Assembly: GCF_030814315.1 (NCBI RefSeq)
Contig: NZ_JAUSUV010000001.1
Span: 268,813 to 300,812, forward strand
Direction: 5' to 3'
Source: Croceifilum oryzae
GTDB taxonomy: Bacteria > Bacillota > Bacilli > Thermoactinomycetales > Thermoactinomycetaceae
DNA length: 32,000 nucleotides
Shown here piece by piece: positions 31,240-32,000 of this stretch. Under the pieces are notes generated by a model. That model made no database searches, was not told where the DNA came from, and saw nothing but the letters and a program-made list of their open reading frames with translations. Every line of letters starts with the position of its first letter. Position 1 is the stretch's first letter. Position numbers and translations under genes: made by a program.

Positions 31240-31251
31240 AGAAAAACGAAG

Positions 31252-31288
31252 AAAAAGCTAGGATACCTTTGAGGTCCTAGCTTTTTTA
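31252..31288 (+). terminator. Rho-independent terminator after the PBP gene
   Basis: aaaaagctagga-taccttgag-tcctagctttttt. Confidence 0.7.
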
Positions 31289-31493
31289 TCAATGTTCAAG
31301 GAAATGTCACCGCATATTTAGAATTTGCCTACAGAATGGGGAATTCTTCGGTTGCATCTCTGAGCGGTCTAATGTACTCTAATGAAGAAAATAAGGGGTG
31401 TAATGATGAAGGATTTCCTATCAGATAACATGCTTTTTGTAAATGTTAAAAATCGGAATAAAATTGAATTTTTTTACATAGGAGGTTGAAGAA

Positions 31494-32000
31494 ATGAGTG
31501 ATTATCCACGCAATTCGCGTAGCCATAACCATCAAGGCTCCAACTTCCAAGAGTCATCTCGAGCAGGTACGAGTCGTTCGGGAGGACGAATGAGCCGACT
31601 TCAAGCGATAAATGGTTCGAGTCAAGATGGGGATTCGGTATCATCTAGCTCGGAGCGAGGGGCTCGGAGTCGCGCCAGTCGAGCAGGTAAGGGAGCAGGT
31701 GGAAGACGTTCCCAACAGACAGGTGGCAAGAAGGGACGCAGTGGCTGGAGAAAGTATATTAATTTGAAGACGATCGGGGCTACCTTGGGGATTCTATTTC
31801 TCATCGGGGCTGGAGTTCTTACATATTTTTTCGTATCAGTACCACCGATGTCGATAGATAAATTAAAAGAAGCTAACAAGAGTTCGAGTGTTGTAATGGA
31901 CAAAGATAATAAGGTTATTGGCAATATTGGAGATCGAAAACAACAATTTGTCTCGCTTAAAGACTTGAAGGAACATAATCCGATGTTGGTCGAAACCCTT
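31494..32000 (+). CDS. Second class A PBP-like protein, N-terminal part (3' end lies outside the window)
   Basis: Frame is open from ATG 31494 (GGAGG 8 nt upstream) to the window end. Ser/Arg/Gly-rich cytoplasmic tail, TM segment TIGATLGILFLIGAGVLTYFFV, then ..FVSLKDLKEHNPMLVETL, typical of the entry into a GT51 domain. Confidence 0.7.
   Translation, partial: MSDYPRNSRSHNHQGSNFQESSRAGTSRSGGRMSRLQAINGSSQDGDSVSSSSERGARSRASRAGKGAGGRRSQQTGGKKGRSGWRKYINLKTIGATLGILFLIGAGVLTYFFVSVPPMSIDKLKEANKSSSVVMDKDNKVIGNIGDRKQQFVSLKDLKEHNPMLVETL

Noticed and set aside
31393-31488. 28-codon ORF (MMKDFLSDNMLFVNVKNRNKIEFFYIGG) upstream of the second PBP
   Set aside because: Its RBS spacing is weak, it is AT-rich, and its stop overlaps the PBP RBS. 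Nothing distinguishes it from chance.

Overview
This 32-kb window looks like the chromosome of a moderate-GC Firmicute, Bacillales-like in gene content and order. It carries cstA plus a ybdD-like gene, a MarR-MFS pair, gatCAB, rlmCD, ppiB, yerC-pcrB-pcrA-ligA, an RluA-family pseudouridine synthase and two adjacent class A PBPs. There are about 30 protein-coding genes, mostly on the + strand, and many end in clear rho-independent terminators. I found no rRNA, tRNA, CRISPR array, transposase, integrase or phage genes. I also found no convincing multi-gene novel system such as a defence island. Most of the window is ordinary housekeeping DNA. The accessory-looking parts are listed below.

- **Left 4.6 kb:** an ASCH gene, a low-GC orphan ORF and a MarR-controlled NTF2-like/ThuA-like cassette. 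The cassette's promoter-operator is duplicated in inverted orientation. It is followed by a decayed ASCH paralogue and a guanine-deaminase-like gene carrying a ~100-aa insertion.
- **PEP-utilising enzyme:** its domain order matches rifampicin phosphotransferases rather than true PEP synthase. It sits next to an AT-rich intergenic region containing a 23-bp-stem hairpin.
- **Amidase_3 homologue:** it has no signal peptide and may lack the catalytic Glu.
- **Tandem lipoprotein genes:** two transglutaminase-like lipoprotein genes show a mosaic identity pattern.

Three likely genes are absent from the supplied ORF track: a ybdD/yjiX-like gene at 4652-4828, a small membrane ORF at 28501-28665, and a 3'-truncated second PBP at 31494-32000. 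All homology calls were made by eye from the translations and need database confirmation.
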